This document shows positions 38,735-52,386 of a DNA stretch of 64,000 nt, one piece after another. The notes under the pieces are model-generated. The model was not told the DNA's origin and made no database searches. It saw only the letters and a program-made list of their open reading frames with translations. Source of the DNA: Eledone cirrhosa (taxonomy: Eukaryota). Each line of letters opens with the position of its first letter. Position 1 is the stretch's first letter. Position numbers and translations under genes: made by a program. The stretch lies in assembly GCA_964016885.1 (NCBI GenBank), contig OZ024741.1, positions 35,402,001 to 35,466,000 of the forward strand, read 5' to 3'.

Positions 38735-38987
38735 GTATTTCTTATTTACTTATGTGGAATATTATTTTTGTATTTCTTATTTACTTATGTGGAATATTAT
38801 TTTTGTATTTCTTATTTACTTATGTGGAATATTATTTTTGTATTTCTTATTTACTTATGTGGAATATTATTTTTGTATTTCTTATTTACTTATGTGGAAT
38901 ATTATTTATGTATTTCTTATTTACTTATGTGGAATATTATTTTTGTATTTCTTATTTACTTATGTGGAATATTATTTATGTATTTCT
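38735..38987. repeat. 35-bp tandem repeat (~7 units)
   Basis: Unit TATTTCTTATTTACTTATGTGGAATATTATTTTTG; it explains the ORFs at 38317-39042. Confidence 0.95.
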
Positions 38988-39547
38988 TGGCGGTGGATTG
39001 GCAGTATCGGTAGAGGTTCGGACGCCATGCTTTGACGCATAGAGTTACGGCCCTTGCCATTCTGAGTTCAAATCCCGCCGAGGTTAACTTTGCCTTTCAT
39101 CCTTACGGGGTCGATAAAATAAAGTACCAGTAATGTACTGGGTAATTTTCTGGCCTTGTGCCAATAGTAGAAACAATTATTTATGTATTTCTTATTTACT
39201 TATTTATGTATTTCTTCAGCCTAGCAATAGCGAGAGAATTAAGTCTTAGTAACCAGATTCTGCTTATATTTCTTTTCTCTCTCAGTACCTTTTACAGTTT
39301 TACATTTTCATCGTTCTACTTACCGTTTTGACCTCCTCCCCCTCCTCCGCCCCGGCGTCCTCTTTGACCCCACACCCAGCTGTAGCTGGCACCACCAACG
39401 CATGAATGGGTCTACTCCGCCCCCTCTCCCCTTTTCTCCTACTGGCAGGTTTGGCTACCTCCCCCACCAACTTGCCATCGCAGAATTACTACTACCTTGT
39501 GGGATGACCAATCCTGGTGATTATCTCTTTGACCATATATGGAATTG

Positions 39548-39640
39548 TCCCTTGACAAGTTCGGCTATTTAAATACCAGAACTGATTTTCCATTCAGTAC
39601 AGAATTAGCCGTCGAAACGGCTTGAGCTCAGCCGTCGGGG
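39548..39640 (+). ncRNA. Type I hammerhead with U3-A8 core and long, near-palindromic stem III
   Basis: TCCC-TTGACAA-gttcggcta...tagccgtc-GAAA-cggct(tgagctc)agccg-TC-GGGG; GUC triplet at 39634-39636. Confidence 0.8.
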
Positions 39641-39725
39641 TCTTACTTACTTCTATATATATATATATATATATACATGAATATATACATGTATTATATA
39701 TTATATATATATATACATAATACAT

Positions 39726-40080
39726 GATGATGGCTTCCCCCTCGTTATCGAGTATGGCCATTGCACGATATAACATTATTAATAATTATTAATTAATTCT
39801 ATCGTGCAATGCCTGTGCGTGAAGATATCTTTTAAAGTGAGGAAAGACTGTGCACTGAGCCAATCCCACTCTCTGAGCGACAGTAGCTATAACCCCAAAA
39901 GAAGAAAAGATCAACATCATCGGTAACTACTGAGCCGCAGGTTTTATGTCGGAGTTAACCCAGTTTCCTCAGTTGCCTTCTCCTAGAAGAATGCCCTGAG
40001 AAAGGCTAGGGGTCCTTTACTCCCACTGGTTTAACCGCGCGATCGGATGTCCAGCCAGACTATTCCTATGTCCCCGCGTA
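39726..40080 (-). mobile_element. Non-autonomous RTE-related retroposon family B; copies 51840-52137, 58523-58912, 60971-61415 (all -)
   Basis: Repeated ~350-450-bp unit sharing the 3' motif GGCCATACTCGA.AACGAG..GGCAGCCATC and 5' motifs with family A. Confidence 0.75.
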
Positions 40081-42305
40081 TACATAATACATACATACAT
40101 ACATACATACAAGCGGGGAAAAAACAACAACCCAATCTAGCAACATTGTCATCAATGGCCTAACTGTCTCACCGATATCTGATCAGGACTGTTACAGATA
40201 CCTGGGGATAGATGAGAACATATCCTATATCTGTAATAAAGGACGTGTAACCAGGGAATACTACACCCGATTAAGAAAGATCTGGTCATCAGAACTCTCT
40301 GCGCAAAACAAAACAGTGGCTCACAATATGGTTGCTGTGACTGTCCTAACACCAACGTTTGGAATACTCAATTAGAAGATAGACGAAATCCGAGCAGTTG
40401 ATGTTGGAACTCGAAAAATACTGAACAACACCGGAAACTTCCACATCAACAGTGACATAGACCGCCTTAACTTGAAACGTAAACAGGGAGGCAGAGGCCT
40501 AACATCAGTCCAGACAACATTTGAATGTCGCATCATATCTCTCCGACAACATCTACGAACCTCGAAGCGTAGGAGCCCGTTTCTCGAGTAAGTCTATCTG
40601 CATGAAACAGATAAGATCATGAGAGTTGGGAAGGAACTCCTTGGGAGATAATCCCTGTGTGATAATTAAAAACTCACACCCAGGGATGTCGCTCAGCAGT
40701 ATCGCAGTGAATCTATGGATGAAAAACTGCATGCCTATCAGCAAAATATCATGCATGGATATGTTGCCAGGAAGCTCCAGAGTGAGAGTAATATAGATAA
40801 GGAAAGTAGTCTATCTTGGACCAACAACCGCTATATTGGCTCCCACTTTGAAGGATACGCTTTTGCAATCCAGGAACAGGAGATTAGCACGAAATACCTG
40901 ATTCACAAAAGAGATAGGGATGCAGGCAAAACACCTAGATGTGATAACAAGTGCAGACTCTGCAGAACTAACATCGAGGATATCACCCATGTCATCAGCA
41001 GCTGTCCAAAGATGTCATCGCGGTACTATCGTAAAAAAGATAGCCCCGATAATAAACACATTAAAAGCTACAACAATATGGAAGACATCCATGTACATAA
41101 TATGAAAGAGTACTGGTGGAATGTTCCAGTAAAAACCCCAATAAAATGCAGGCATAACAGACCAGATATTATGATATGGGACAGGGAGAAAAAAACATGC
41201 ACAGTAGTGGAAATTAGCTGCCCAGCAGATGCCAATATAATATCAAAGATTAGTGAAAAGGAGAACATTTATGCAGAATTGATGAGAAATCTGCAGATAC
41301 TCCACCCTGATTACACCTTCAGATTTATGCCTGTGATTATTGGGGCACTGGGATATGTTAGTAACTGCTTCAATACAAATCTTGAGAAGCTAGGCTTCAC
41401 AGGAACAGAAAGAACACAACTAGTTAGGAAACTACAAGTACAATCCATTAATGGAACAGTAAAAATATGTAAAACATTCCAAAAATTTTGCATCTAATAA
41501 CTGCATATACACCTGTACAGATACAAAGCATATACACATGCATACATACAACTCAAAACATCCACATCCACACATACAATAACATCCATATCTACACATA
41601 CATGCATACATACATAATCTACCTAGTTGATGTGTAAAATCCAATGAGAGAGTCTTGTGTCTATGTTAGAAACCGACTCTCTCTCTGTTGGTAAAACTTT
41701 GTGAAATTATAAAACCAGAAGAACATACATACATACATATATGTATGATCAAATACCATCAACACTATCTCCACCACCATCATCCCACCACATATCATAT
41801 TTCACCTGTCACTCCTATGACCTACATAAATAGCATATTTCTTCTATTTCAAACTGGACACCTATCGCCCAATATAACCGTCACCATTATAATCACTGCT
41901 ACAGCAATCACCGCCATCACCAGCACACCATTTCACCATCGCCGTAACCACACCTCTTTAAACACGACCACACTCCTTCACCACCACCACTACCCCTACC
42001 TCCACCACAGCCACAACCACCACCGACAATACCAACAACACCACACAACAGATAACTGCGTTCTCTTTTCTTCGTTCTTATTTCTGATCTACCTACTTTC
42101 TTCGCTTCTTACATAGCTGCTGCTGCTTCTCTAGATATGACACTCTATACATACATACATCCACACATACAATAACATCCATACATGCACACACATGCAT
42201 GCATGCAGTCATGCATACATGCAATCATGCATACATGCGTACATGCATACATAATCTACCTATTTGATGTGTAAATTCCAATGAGAGAGTCTTGTGTCTA
42301 TGTTA

Positions 42306-45300
42306 GACCCACCTTTCAGCAAATTTACTGGGGGGCAGCACTTCTCTCTCCACCCTCACCTTCCTTTCCAAGTGAAACTTGAAAAAGTTGATGAGGGATT
42401 GGCCGAAAAGAAAAGTGTCTGTCTTCAGTCCTTTCAACCTCGTCCACCATACAACCTCTTTCGCTACTGCCACCAGACAGAGGAAAATTGCCTGCCCTTC
42501 CTGGCCTAAAGAAGGCAGCGGGTTGATCTTCGCCATGGACTCGGCCGATAGCCGGATCCGTTCTACACGCGACAACAGCTGTTCAACATAACTCCACAAG
42601 TCAGTAATGCACGGACACTGGACGAGTGCGTGCAGAACGGTTTCGTCGCTCTGCGCGCATCTCGGGAAGGTCCGTCTGACAGCACTGCCGTGCCTGTAGA
42701 GTTTATCTCGAACAGGCAGTGCCCCCCGGTAGCACTGGCAAGCGAAGGATTTTTGGAAATTATCCATCGTCCCCGGCTCGAAAGTCCTCCGGTACAGACT
42801 GGTTAGTTCAACTTCGTTGACTCTCAGAGCCTCTCCGAGTGCGTCGTCGCACTTGCCCACCACTAATCCTCTATAGAACTCGAGAGTGGAAGTTCCACTG
42901 ACCGCATTGCCCGCCTGGTAGAGGGCAGTGAGTGCCTGGCAGCATTCCAGATGCCAGTCACCCAGTCTCGGTCTCTTCTTGACCCAGGACTGCAGCTCAG
43001 TCAAAGAAACGAGCTGCGGAAAGGCCCGTCTGACAAACGGCGACCACACCTGTTCACCATTTAGACAGAATATCTGGAGATGCCGCAGCCTCAGCGCGTT
43101 CCTGCGCATCATTAGCCACGGCATGCCCAACCCTCCACGTAGAGGGTGCTGGCAGCAGATGGACCGCCTCACCAGCGGAACCTGACCCCTCCACAAGAAT
43201 TTGAAGAGGAGCCGCTCTAAGATGGCGAGGCGCGAATCGGGGCAAGGGACGACGGTCAGACGGTAGTAGATGACGGACGCGATGTACGCGTTCGCCACCT
43301 CCGCCCGACCTTTCAGTGATAGCTTCATCCCAGCCCATTTCTGGGTGAGACTGGCTACCCTGCCCGTCACCTCGTCCCAATTCTTATCCACCTGGAGGTC
43401 TGGCCCGAACCAAACCCCTAGCAACTTTACTGGTCTGTCCGTCCAGCGCCTAACGACGCTGCTGGACGGCATGGACTTGCCTCTCCAGGTACCGAGTTGC
43501 AAGCCCACCGACTTTTCCGGGTTAAGTTTTGCTCTCGTCAACCTTTCATATTCCTCCAATAAGTTGCCGACCACCTCGATTTCTGAGGTGTCCGACACCA
43601 TCACGGTGATGTCGTCCGCATAAGCCGACACAGCCTTTCCGCGTCCCGGTTTGAGCGGGATGCCCTGCAACAGCTCCAGCTTCCGCAGTAAAGGCTCGAG
43701 AGTCAATACGTACAGAAGGGAGGAGAGAGGGCACCCTTGACGGACCGATCGGGAGACTTGAAACGGTTCCGAGAGGTGGCCATTAATTTTGACCATCGAG
43801 CAGGTGCCGCTGTGTATTGCAGCGATCCAGCTTCTGAGACGGGGCCGAAGCCAGCCGCCTTGAGGACAGCCTCCAGGTACCGATGGTCGACCCTATCGAA
43901 TGCTTTCGATGGATCTAAATTGATCAGAGCCCCACCGAAGCTAGGTTTACACCCTACCCTCTCTATGATGTATCTCATTAGGTGGAGGTTGTCGTGTATG
44001 GACCTGGTTGGGATTTTGCAAGTTTGCGCCTCCCCAACCAAATCCCCGACGACAAGCGCCAACCTCTTCGCTAACACCCTGGCCAAAATCTTAAACTCTG
44101 TGTTGAGCAGAGTTATGGGCCTGAAATTGTCTGTGTCCCTCTTGTTCTCGTCTTTCCTTATCAGCGTCACTACGCCCCGGCTCACAGAACTGGGAATACT
44201 CCCGTTTTGCTGCCAGTTGCAGTAGACGGCTTCGAGGAGATTGGAGAACAAGTCTGGCATATTTACGTAAAGCTGGTAGGGCAGACCATCCAAACCGGGT
44301 GACTTGCGCCTCATGCAGCCGACAAGGGCATCCTGAATCTCGGCTGAAGTAATTGGCCTTTCGCAGCGCCCAGCGTCAGTCGTTGAGAGTTGCGGCAAGC
44401 CATTGAGGTAGGGACTGAAGTCCGCCACCATCTCTGACCCGCCACTTCCCCCGAACAACCGAGCAAAATGTTGGCGAAAGGCCTCACACATCCTCTTGGA
44501 ATCGCTCAGCTCGTGTCCGTCTCGGTCTGTCAAAGACCGAATCGTGGTTTTATTACCACGCTGCGCCTCTGCCACGCGGGCCCATCGAACAGCTTTGGTT
44601 CCCTCGTTTCTCAGAGTACGCGCCTTAGCTCTGACAATGCAACCTTCGTGTTTCGCATTGAAGAAATGGTCTAATGCCATTCTCGCCGCTAGCACGTCAG
44701 TTGCAATGCCACTACAAATAGCCTCGTCTAACTTATCTACCAACTCCCCCTCCTTTCTATTTTTCTCTAACGCTACTTCTTTGCTAAACTCTATCGACAT
44801 TACTCTAATCTCTCTTTTGAGAGCCCCCCACCATCTATTGTTGACGACTCCCCCTGTCAACTTTTTCATAACTAAATTGTTGACCTGGTCCCTGTAAGCC
44901 TTACGTGCCGGAAATGACATGTTTAGCTTCCAGTAACCAGGTCCTAACCTACGCGTCTTATCTAGGTCGACCACACAAATCACAAACTTGTGATCTGAAT
45001 AGGCGACTGTTTCAAAACGTGGAGAGCTTACACTATTTCTGTCTATTTTCCTAATGAATATCCTGTCTATATACGATCTAGATGACCCTATGCGGTTAGC
45101 CCAGGTCCACACTGGCGCATTAGGGAAATCTAGTCAGTACCTGTCAGACAGTTGGAACTGGCTGATCAGGTTCTTGAGGCTTTTGCACCCCCCGCTCCTA
45201 TCGGATACTTCCACACAGTCCTAGCGTGCGTCTAAGATGCCGTTCCAGTCTCCCGCTAACAGTAAAGGGCGAGACGTACCCAGAAAGGCTTCCAGGTGTC

Positions 45301-45662
45301 TAAAGAAGTCCGGCCGTCCTGCCCCAGTAGGAGCATAGACGGCCACGAGTCTAAAGGCACCACCTTCGTTATTGTTCACGCCCAGGACCACCAACTTCCC
45401 GTCTGGGTCCCGGAAAATCGACCTTACCTCGAGATCCAGGCCTTTCCTAAACAGCACTGCCACCCCGCCTCCCATTTCCGGCCGGCTAACAGATGCAAAG
45501 GTCTGATAGTCGTCGAAAATGGGGGCTAGTACGCGCGTGTCGGAAATCCTGGTCTCGCTGACGGCAATTCCATCCATTTCTATAGATCTGAGGTCGTTGA
45601 GCAGGTGACCCTGCTTCCAGGACGATCTCAGGCCTCGAACATCCTACTCTTAATACGGCCAT
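42306..45662 (-). pseudogene. ORF2: APE endonuclease + RT + C-terminal zinc-binding region (stops and frameshifts)
   Basis: SET, VYAP, GDWN, SDH, GYWKLN, KSPGLDG, FRPITLLN, KAFDRV, SVRQGCPLS, AYADD, RGGLG, RCAQSDETVLHALVQC. Confidence 0.93.
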
Positions 45663-45694
45663 GTTGGCAGATTAAAAAGAGAGAGAGGAAAGGT

Positions 45695-47431
45695 TTACTT
45701 ACCTTCCGGGCTCTTGTGAAGGTCGGGTTGTTCGACCTCCATAGTTGGTGGGGTTTCTTTTGGGAACCCCTTTAAAAGTCTTGAAGTTGGTTTTACGTTC
45801 GGGGTTCCCACGTCCCGAGGAAAGCTGTCTCGTATTTCTTTGTATAATTCGATCGACATTCGCACCAGAACCCAATCTTCCGGCACGCGAAATGTGCTCG
45901 ATTTAAAAATTCCCCCCTCTTTTTGTATATTTTCACTTCGTGCTACGAGGGCCATCAGTTCCTTGTTGGCCCTCCTGACGAGCACGAAGTTTTGTATATT
46001 TTGTTGGTGTGATTTTATTTGTTTGCGTGGCTGTGGTGGTGATGGTTTTGGTGGTGTTGTTTCGGTTGTGTCTGTGTTTGTTGTGAGTGCGGTGTCTGTG
46101 GTTTCAGATGTTTGTGTGTATATTTGTTCTTGCGTCTGTTTAGGTTGTTTGCGTTTGGGGGATTCTGGTGATGGTGATGGTGGTGTTCATGTTGGTGTTA
46201 TTGGAGAGATATTTGCGTGGGTGGCGTCTGTGTTTTTTATTGTGAGTGATTTTGTGCTTTGTTGAGTTTTTTTTTTTCTTTTTGTGTTTCCTTTTTTGTA
46301 TTTTGGGGGATTTTGGTTTTCCCTCATCTTCACTACTGGTAGATGAGGGGTCTGTGTCTGTAAGTGTGTCTGTATGTATGTTTATGGTTTTATTGGTGTG
46401 TGTATTTTTTGGGGGAGGGGGAATTTGATAGCTTTCCTCGTTTCCCCCCTAGGTGGTCAATGTTGGTGGTGGTCTTTCTATTGGTGTTGTTGTTGGTGGT
46501 TTTGCCGGTGCAGGTGTTGGTTGTGGTCCTCGTCCCGGCGTCGGCAGCAGTGGAACCTTTCGACCCCTTGCCTCTTTCAGCAGTTGAGGGCAGAAGGCTC
46601 GCAAATGGGTTTTTCCCCACAAACAAAACACTGCGGCCTTTTGCCTTCGGTCATAATGTGAATGACTGTCCCATTCTGAAGGCGGATGTGGTCCGGGATT
46701 GTCTTCACATTCTCGAGCCTGATCTGGAGAAGGATCTCCAGGTCAACCCCGGACCAGTCCTCTCTGGCCGTTCTGGTCACTTCTATAGGGACGGTATCCG
46801 TCCCCTCCACAATCACACATCCCAGAAGCCACCACATGTCAAGTCCTGGTGGGATTCTGGGAATGTGGAGACGAGCCGTTCTTTTTCCCATGTGGGAGGG
46901 GTACATTATGACCTTGCTGGTTTTGCAAGGAGTCATAGCGTGTTTCATAGCGAGGGCTTCTGACTTGAACAACACCGAAATGGTGCCGTACTGTCTGCCC
47001 CTCTCTATGTATTCGGTGTCTTCTCTGATGCACCTCAGCGCTACTTCGACATCTTCTTGTGGGATTAAAGCTGCCCTTTTGGTTTGTGCTGAGATGCATC
47101 TATAATGCACCGTTCTGCGCTCCACTGCCTCAATAGCTTCTACCGGGACAGTTAAGTTGGCCCAGGTTTGCTCTTGCTTGATGAGCTTCCATGCCTGGGC
47201 CAACCTTTCATCTTTGTTTGAGAGGTCCATGTTGAAGCATGGCCTCTTTTTTGCTGCTGCCGCAGCGAAAGTGTTCTTTTTGTTTTCGTTGGGGGTGTTG
47301 TTGTCGTTGTCGTTGTTCTTGTTGGTGTTGTTGTTAGCACTGTCGCTGTTATCATTGTTGTTTTTGTTGCCACCGTTGTTCTCGGTGCAGTTGGTATTGT
47401 TGATGTTGGTGTTGTCGCTATTTGTTTTCAT
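45695..47431 (-). pseudogene. ORF1 (gag-like) with a CCHC knuckle split by a frameshift and Asn/Thr low-complexity tracts
   Basis: CFVCG(EK)/KTHLRAFC gives C-x2-C-x4-H-x4-C across ORFs 46577..47431 and 46449..46631; the ORF ends at ..SPEGK*. Confidence 0.8.
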
Positions 47432-47888
47432 GTTAGTGGTGTTGATATTGTTGTTGCATTTGTTATTTTTTTTTTTTTGTTATCTGAATTTTCGTTGTCG
47501 CTGTTACTGTCATTTTTTCAAAATTAGAGTTCTCAATGGTATCATTGGTGTCTTTGTTTACTTTGTTTGTGGTGGTGTTTGTGTTATCAGTTTGTGTTAA
47601 TTTCGCTGTAGCGCTCCTCTCAACTTCTACGTCGTTGTCGCACGACGGCAGACATATCGCTGGGGGCGTGGTTCAGCCATGTTTTTTTTTCTCCGTAAAT
47701 TTTTTAATATGTAAAAAAAAGTTCAAATATTTGGGCCAAAAGGCCCAAATATTATACTTTCCCCTTCACAGGGCAAAGTCTAAGGGCTTATATCCCTTAC
47801 ACAACAAGAAATATTTAACAACAAATAATTTTAACAGGTAAATAAAGCGACTTACTGGGAGCGAGCCAAAAAGACGTCCGAACAGATC

Positions 47889-47922
<34 letters not shown>

Positions 47923-48075
47923 ACAATATAAGTACATCACAAGTCTAAACACCTAAAGATGCATGTGTGTGTATGTGTGTTCTTTCTTGAACTTGGCGGG
48001 CCTTGTTGTCTCTTGAGGTCACTGGTTGTGACTTCATGATAACTCGTATGAACATAAAGCAAGATAAATGCAACT

Positions 48076-48127
<52 letters not shown>

Positions 48128-48221
48128 CAATAATAATAACGACAACAACAACAACAATAATAATATACACACATATATATACACACACACACACACACAT
48201 AAACATATCTACAGACACACA

Positions 48222-51200
48222 TGATAGCAGCTAACAGCGCTGCGATCGAATGTGGCTTTTTAGCCCAGCCAATGATCTAAAATGTCTTGCACAGGGTTGG
48301 CAACCAAAACATTCACTGGGAATAGCCGGCTGTGGTTGGAGTTCGTGTACTTTTGCATGTCGTTTGAGCCCTCCTGCTGATTTACATTCTCTACCACATG
48401 CTTGGCAGGTATGATGAGTAGCATCTCCAACAGCAGCCTGGTAGTCAACGACTGGTCTCACTTTATGACTGCGAAGATGACTTTCGAGTCCAGTTTTGCT
48501 GAGGCAGAGTCTCGCACAGATGCTACATGTCAGCGCCATAGGAGGACCTTTGCCGTCTGGAAATGCAACAGTAATGCCCTTCCTCACATCCCGCTTTACT
48601 TTCGCGTATGCGATTCGAGATGCCTCAAAGGCAACTTTCCCCTCATGTACAGTCTTTCTCCATTTATTACGATCAGCAGCAACATTTTCCCATGTATCAG
48701 CAGAGACGTAAGCGTCTTTCAAAGATGCTTTCAAGGAATTCTTATACCTCTTTCTTGGTTTATGTGGAGGTCGTTTTCCTTTAACCAACTCTCCATAAAG
48801 GAGTTGTTTTGGTATTCTAGAATCCTTCATCCTGGTAAGGTGACCACTCCAACGGAGTCTTTGCTTAAGCACAAGAGCCTCTATACTGTCACACAGAGAG
48901 CTTTCCAAAATCTCGACATTACTGATGCGGTCGCTCCAGTGAACGCCATGGATCCGTCTGAGACACATCTGATGGAAACGCTCCAATTGCTTAAGGTGGT
49001 GTCGATATGTGACCCAGGTCTCACAGGCATAAAGAAGAGAAGAGAGCACACATGCCTTGTACACCTTTACCTTCGTCTTCTCGCATATGTCTCGCTAACC
49101 CCAGAGTCGCCTTTCTAGCTTTCCGAAAGCATCACTTGCTTTCCTAATCCTGAGTGGGATTCCATTATCAAGGTTGCTGTATCGATTGACAGTGCTTCCT
49201 AGGTAGACAAACTGATCAACCACTCCAAGTCGTTTACCATACACATAGATATTTGGTTCACTGTACTGCCTACCAGGGGCAGGTTGGTACATAACGACGG
49301 TTTTCTTGAGACTGACAGTAAATTCTAGGGCAGTGCAAGCATCAGAAAATGCATTCAAAATGTGCTGCATATCACTCTCTGTGAGCGCTACAAGAACACA
49401 ATCATCTGAATACAAGAGGTCTCATATGATTGATGTAAATACTTTTGCTTTTGCAGCAAAGCGCCTGATGTTAAATATGCTGCCTGAGGTTCGATATCGG
49501 ATGTAAACACCATGCTCGTAATTCCTGAATGCAATATAGAAAACCATTGCAAAGTATATGGCAAACAGGGTCGGTGCTGGAATATCCCCCTGTTTCACTC
49601 CATTTTTTTTTACTGAGATAGGCTTCGACATGTTACCTCCGACATTAACTCAAGCCTTCATGTCGTCATGGAAAGACCTAACCAAAGCAAGGAACTTATC
49701 AGGACAACCAAGTTTCTGGAGAACCTTCCATAATGCATTTCTGTTTACAGCATCGAAAGCTTTTGTCAGATCGACAAAACCCTGATACAGATCCAAACCT
49801 TGTTCCATGCACTTCTGGAGCTGTCTAGCTGAGAAGATCATATCAGTAGTGCCGCGTCCAGCACAAAAACCAGATTGACTTTCAGGAAGAACACAATCTG
49901 CAATGTGTGTCAGCAGACGGTCCAGAAGCACCCTACATAAAACTTTCCCTACGGCAATGATATATCTTTGTAGTTCCCACAATCATTCCTGTTACCCTTT
50001 CCCTTGTACAAGACCACCATTACTGCATCTCTCCAGTCCTCAGGTATGGATTCATTAGCCCATATCCTGCCAAACAAAGAGTGAAGATGTTGTAGAAGAC
50101 TCTCACCACCATATTGTAGGAGCTCTGCATGTGTGCCATCCATACCTGGAGACTTTCCACTGTTCAGCTTCGAGATAGCTACCGCAACCTCCACAAGCGT
50201 CGGAGGTTCTGCGAGAGCTACTTTCACAGGACTTTCTGGAATGAGATTGAGGAAATCTTCATTGACGAGAAACGGCTGATTCAAAAATTCATGAAAGTAC
50301 TCGCGCCACCTTCGTAGAATTCCTTGTGAATCACGAAGAAGTTCTCTGTCATCCTTACTGCAAAGCGGTGTCACCAGAGAAGAAGACGTTCCGTAAACTT
50401 CACGCAAGAGACTGTACAACAGCTTTGTCTTATTGGAATCTGACGCAGCTTGTATCTCATCAGCCTTCTCACTCCACCACTAATCCTTCATCTGAGAAAG
50501 ACTCCGCCTAACATGTGATTTCACATCCTTGAGTTCCTTATGCAACATATTCTTCTCCTGTGGTTTTGCTGTCAAGTAGCGTGACAGAGCACGCCTCTTA
50601 TCAGCCAACAAAACTTCTATATGTTGATCATTCTCATTAAACCAGTCTTGATGTTTTCGCTGCACCAATCACAGAACACGCCTGCCTACATCATAAACCG
50701 ACTTTTTAAGGGTCGGCCAATCCTCACCAAGATCTGCAGCAACCTGCATCTCTTCTCGCAATGTCCTCTTCATAGTCTTATCCCTAAGACGAGCAGCATT
50801 CAATCTTCTGGGCAGGGTAACACTAGGAGCCCGGATTTTACGTTTAGTGATTAGTTTCACTTTTGCGAGTACCAGGCGGTGGTCCGTCCAGCACTCAGCT
50901 CCACGAAGAGCACGAACACACTGCACATCCCGTCTGTCACGCATCCTGACAAGGACGTAGTCCAAAAGATGCCATTCCTTAGATGCAGGATGCATCCATG
51001 TAGTCTTAAATTTGTTCTTTTGTTGGAACATGGTGTTGGTAACATACAGATCCAGCTCCTCACACATCTGCAGCAGGAGCATACCATTGTTGTTACACTT
51101 TCCCACCCCATGCCTTCCGATTACATTCCATGTGTTAAAATCCCTACCCTCTCTAGCATTAAAGTCACCAAGCACGATGACTTTGTCTGCCTGAGGGATA

Positions 51201-51720
51201 TTTCTTAAAACACCTTTCAAGGCATGGTAAAAGGACACTTTTTCTTCATCGACAGAATTCATAGTTGGAGCATACACACTCACCAGGGTAGCATATCTTC
51301 CTCTGTCCAGCGGAACTCTCATGGACATAAGACGCTCACTAATCCCCACTGGGAATTCTTCTAATTTATCCACAAGAGCAGTCTTAACAGCAAATGCTAC
51401 CTCAGCCTCTCTTCTGGTTCCTTCATCTCTTCCTTTCCAGAAGAATGTATATTCTCCACAAAATTCCATAAGATGACCATCTCCAGCTAACCTCGTCTCA
51501 GATAAAGCCACGATGTCAAGATCGTAACGTCGAAGCTCCTTTGCAACAAGAGCGGTCCTTCGTTCAGGACGTTCAAAGGAATCCCTGTCAAGCACCGTCC
51601 GTACGTTCCAGCAGCCAAGACTAAATGCCTTGTTTGGCTCTATTATAGTGGCACGATGACGAGCGGGCCCAGGCTGTGATAACCTGGGGGCCCTGCCCCT
51701 ATTGCCAATTATCTCTTTTG
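48222..51720 (-). mobile_element. Near-full-length RTE-clade (BovB-like) LINE, ORF disrupted
   Basis: WNVRT..ALSETR, VYAPT, LGDFN, TDHRL, GKSPGMDG, ESQSGF, DLTKAFD, GVKQG..APTLF, YSDD, FVYLGS, LRWSGH, then three C2H2-type motifs. Confidence 0.93.
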
Positions 51721-52329
51721 TTCCAGAACCCTTATTGCTAATTATCTTTTTTATATTGTTTTGGAACATCATTGAATTGGGAAAAAAAAAGTAATAATAA
51801 TAGTAACAATAATAATAATAATAATAATACACTATTAATAATTATTAATTAATGCACTCGTGCAATGCCTGTGCGTGAAGAATATTTTTAAAGTGAGGAA
51901 AAACTGTGCGCCGAGCCAATCCCATTCTCTGAGCGACAGTAGCTATAACCCGAAAAGAAGAAAAGATCAATATCATCGGTAACTACTGAGCCGCAGGTTT
52001 TATGTCGGAGTTAACCCAGTTTCCTCAGTTGCCTTCTCCTAGAAGAATGCCCTGATAAGGGCTAGGGGTCCTTCACTCCCAGTGGTTTAACTACGCGATC
52101 GGGTATCCAGCCTGACTATTTCTATGTCCCCGCGCATAAAAGAAAATCTTACTTATTGACACGCATACGTACGTCATACACACACGCACACATATACATA
52201 CGCGGGCACACACCAACACTCATGCATTCAAACAAACAAACACACGCTACTCACTTACACACACGCTACTCACTTACACATACACACGCACACACACACG
52301 CTACTCACTTACACATACACACGCACACA

Positions 52330-52386
<57 letters not shown>

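Larger units (their letters stand above)
42306..47888 (-). mobile_element. Near-full-length L1-clade (Tx1-like) LINE, 3' end lost
   Basis: 5' UTR abuts (TAA)n at 47889; two-ORF layout; the 3' end is fused to an R4 3'-UTR fragment. Confidence 0.92.

Noticed and set aside
38317-39042. 241-aa hydrophobic ORF
   Set aside because: Made of a retroposon end, (TA)n and a 35-bp tandem repeat.
41740-42120. His/Thr-rich ORF
   Set aside because: Degenerate (CCA/CAC)n low-complexity sequence without splice support.
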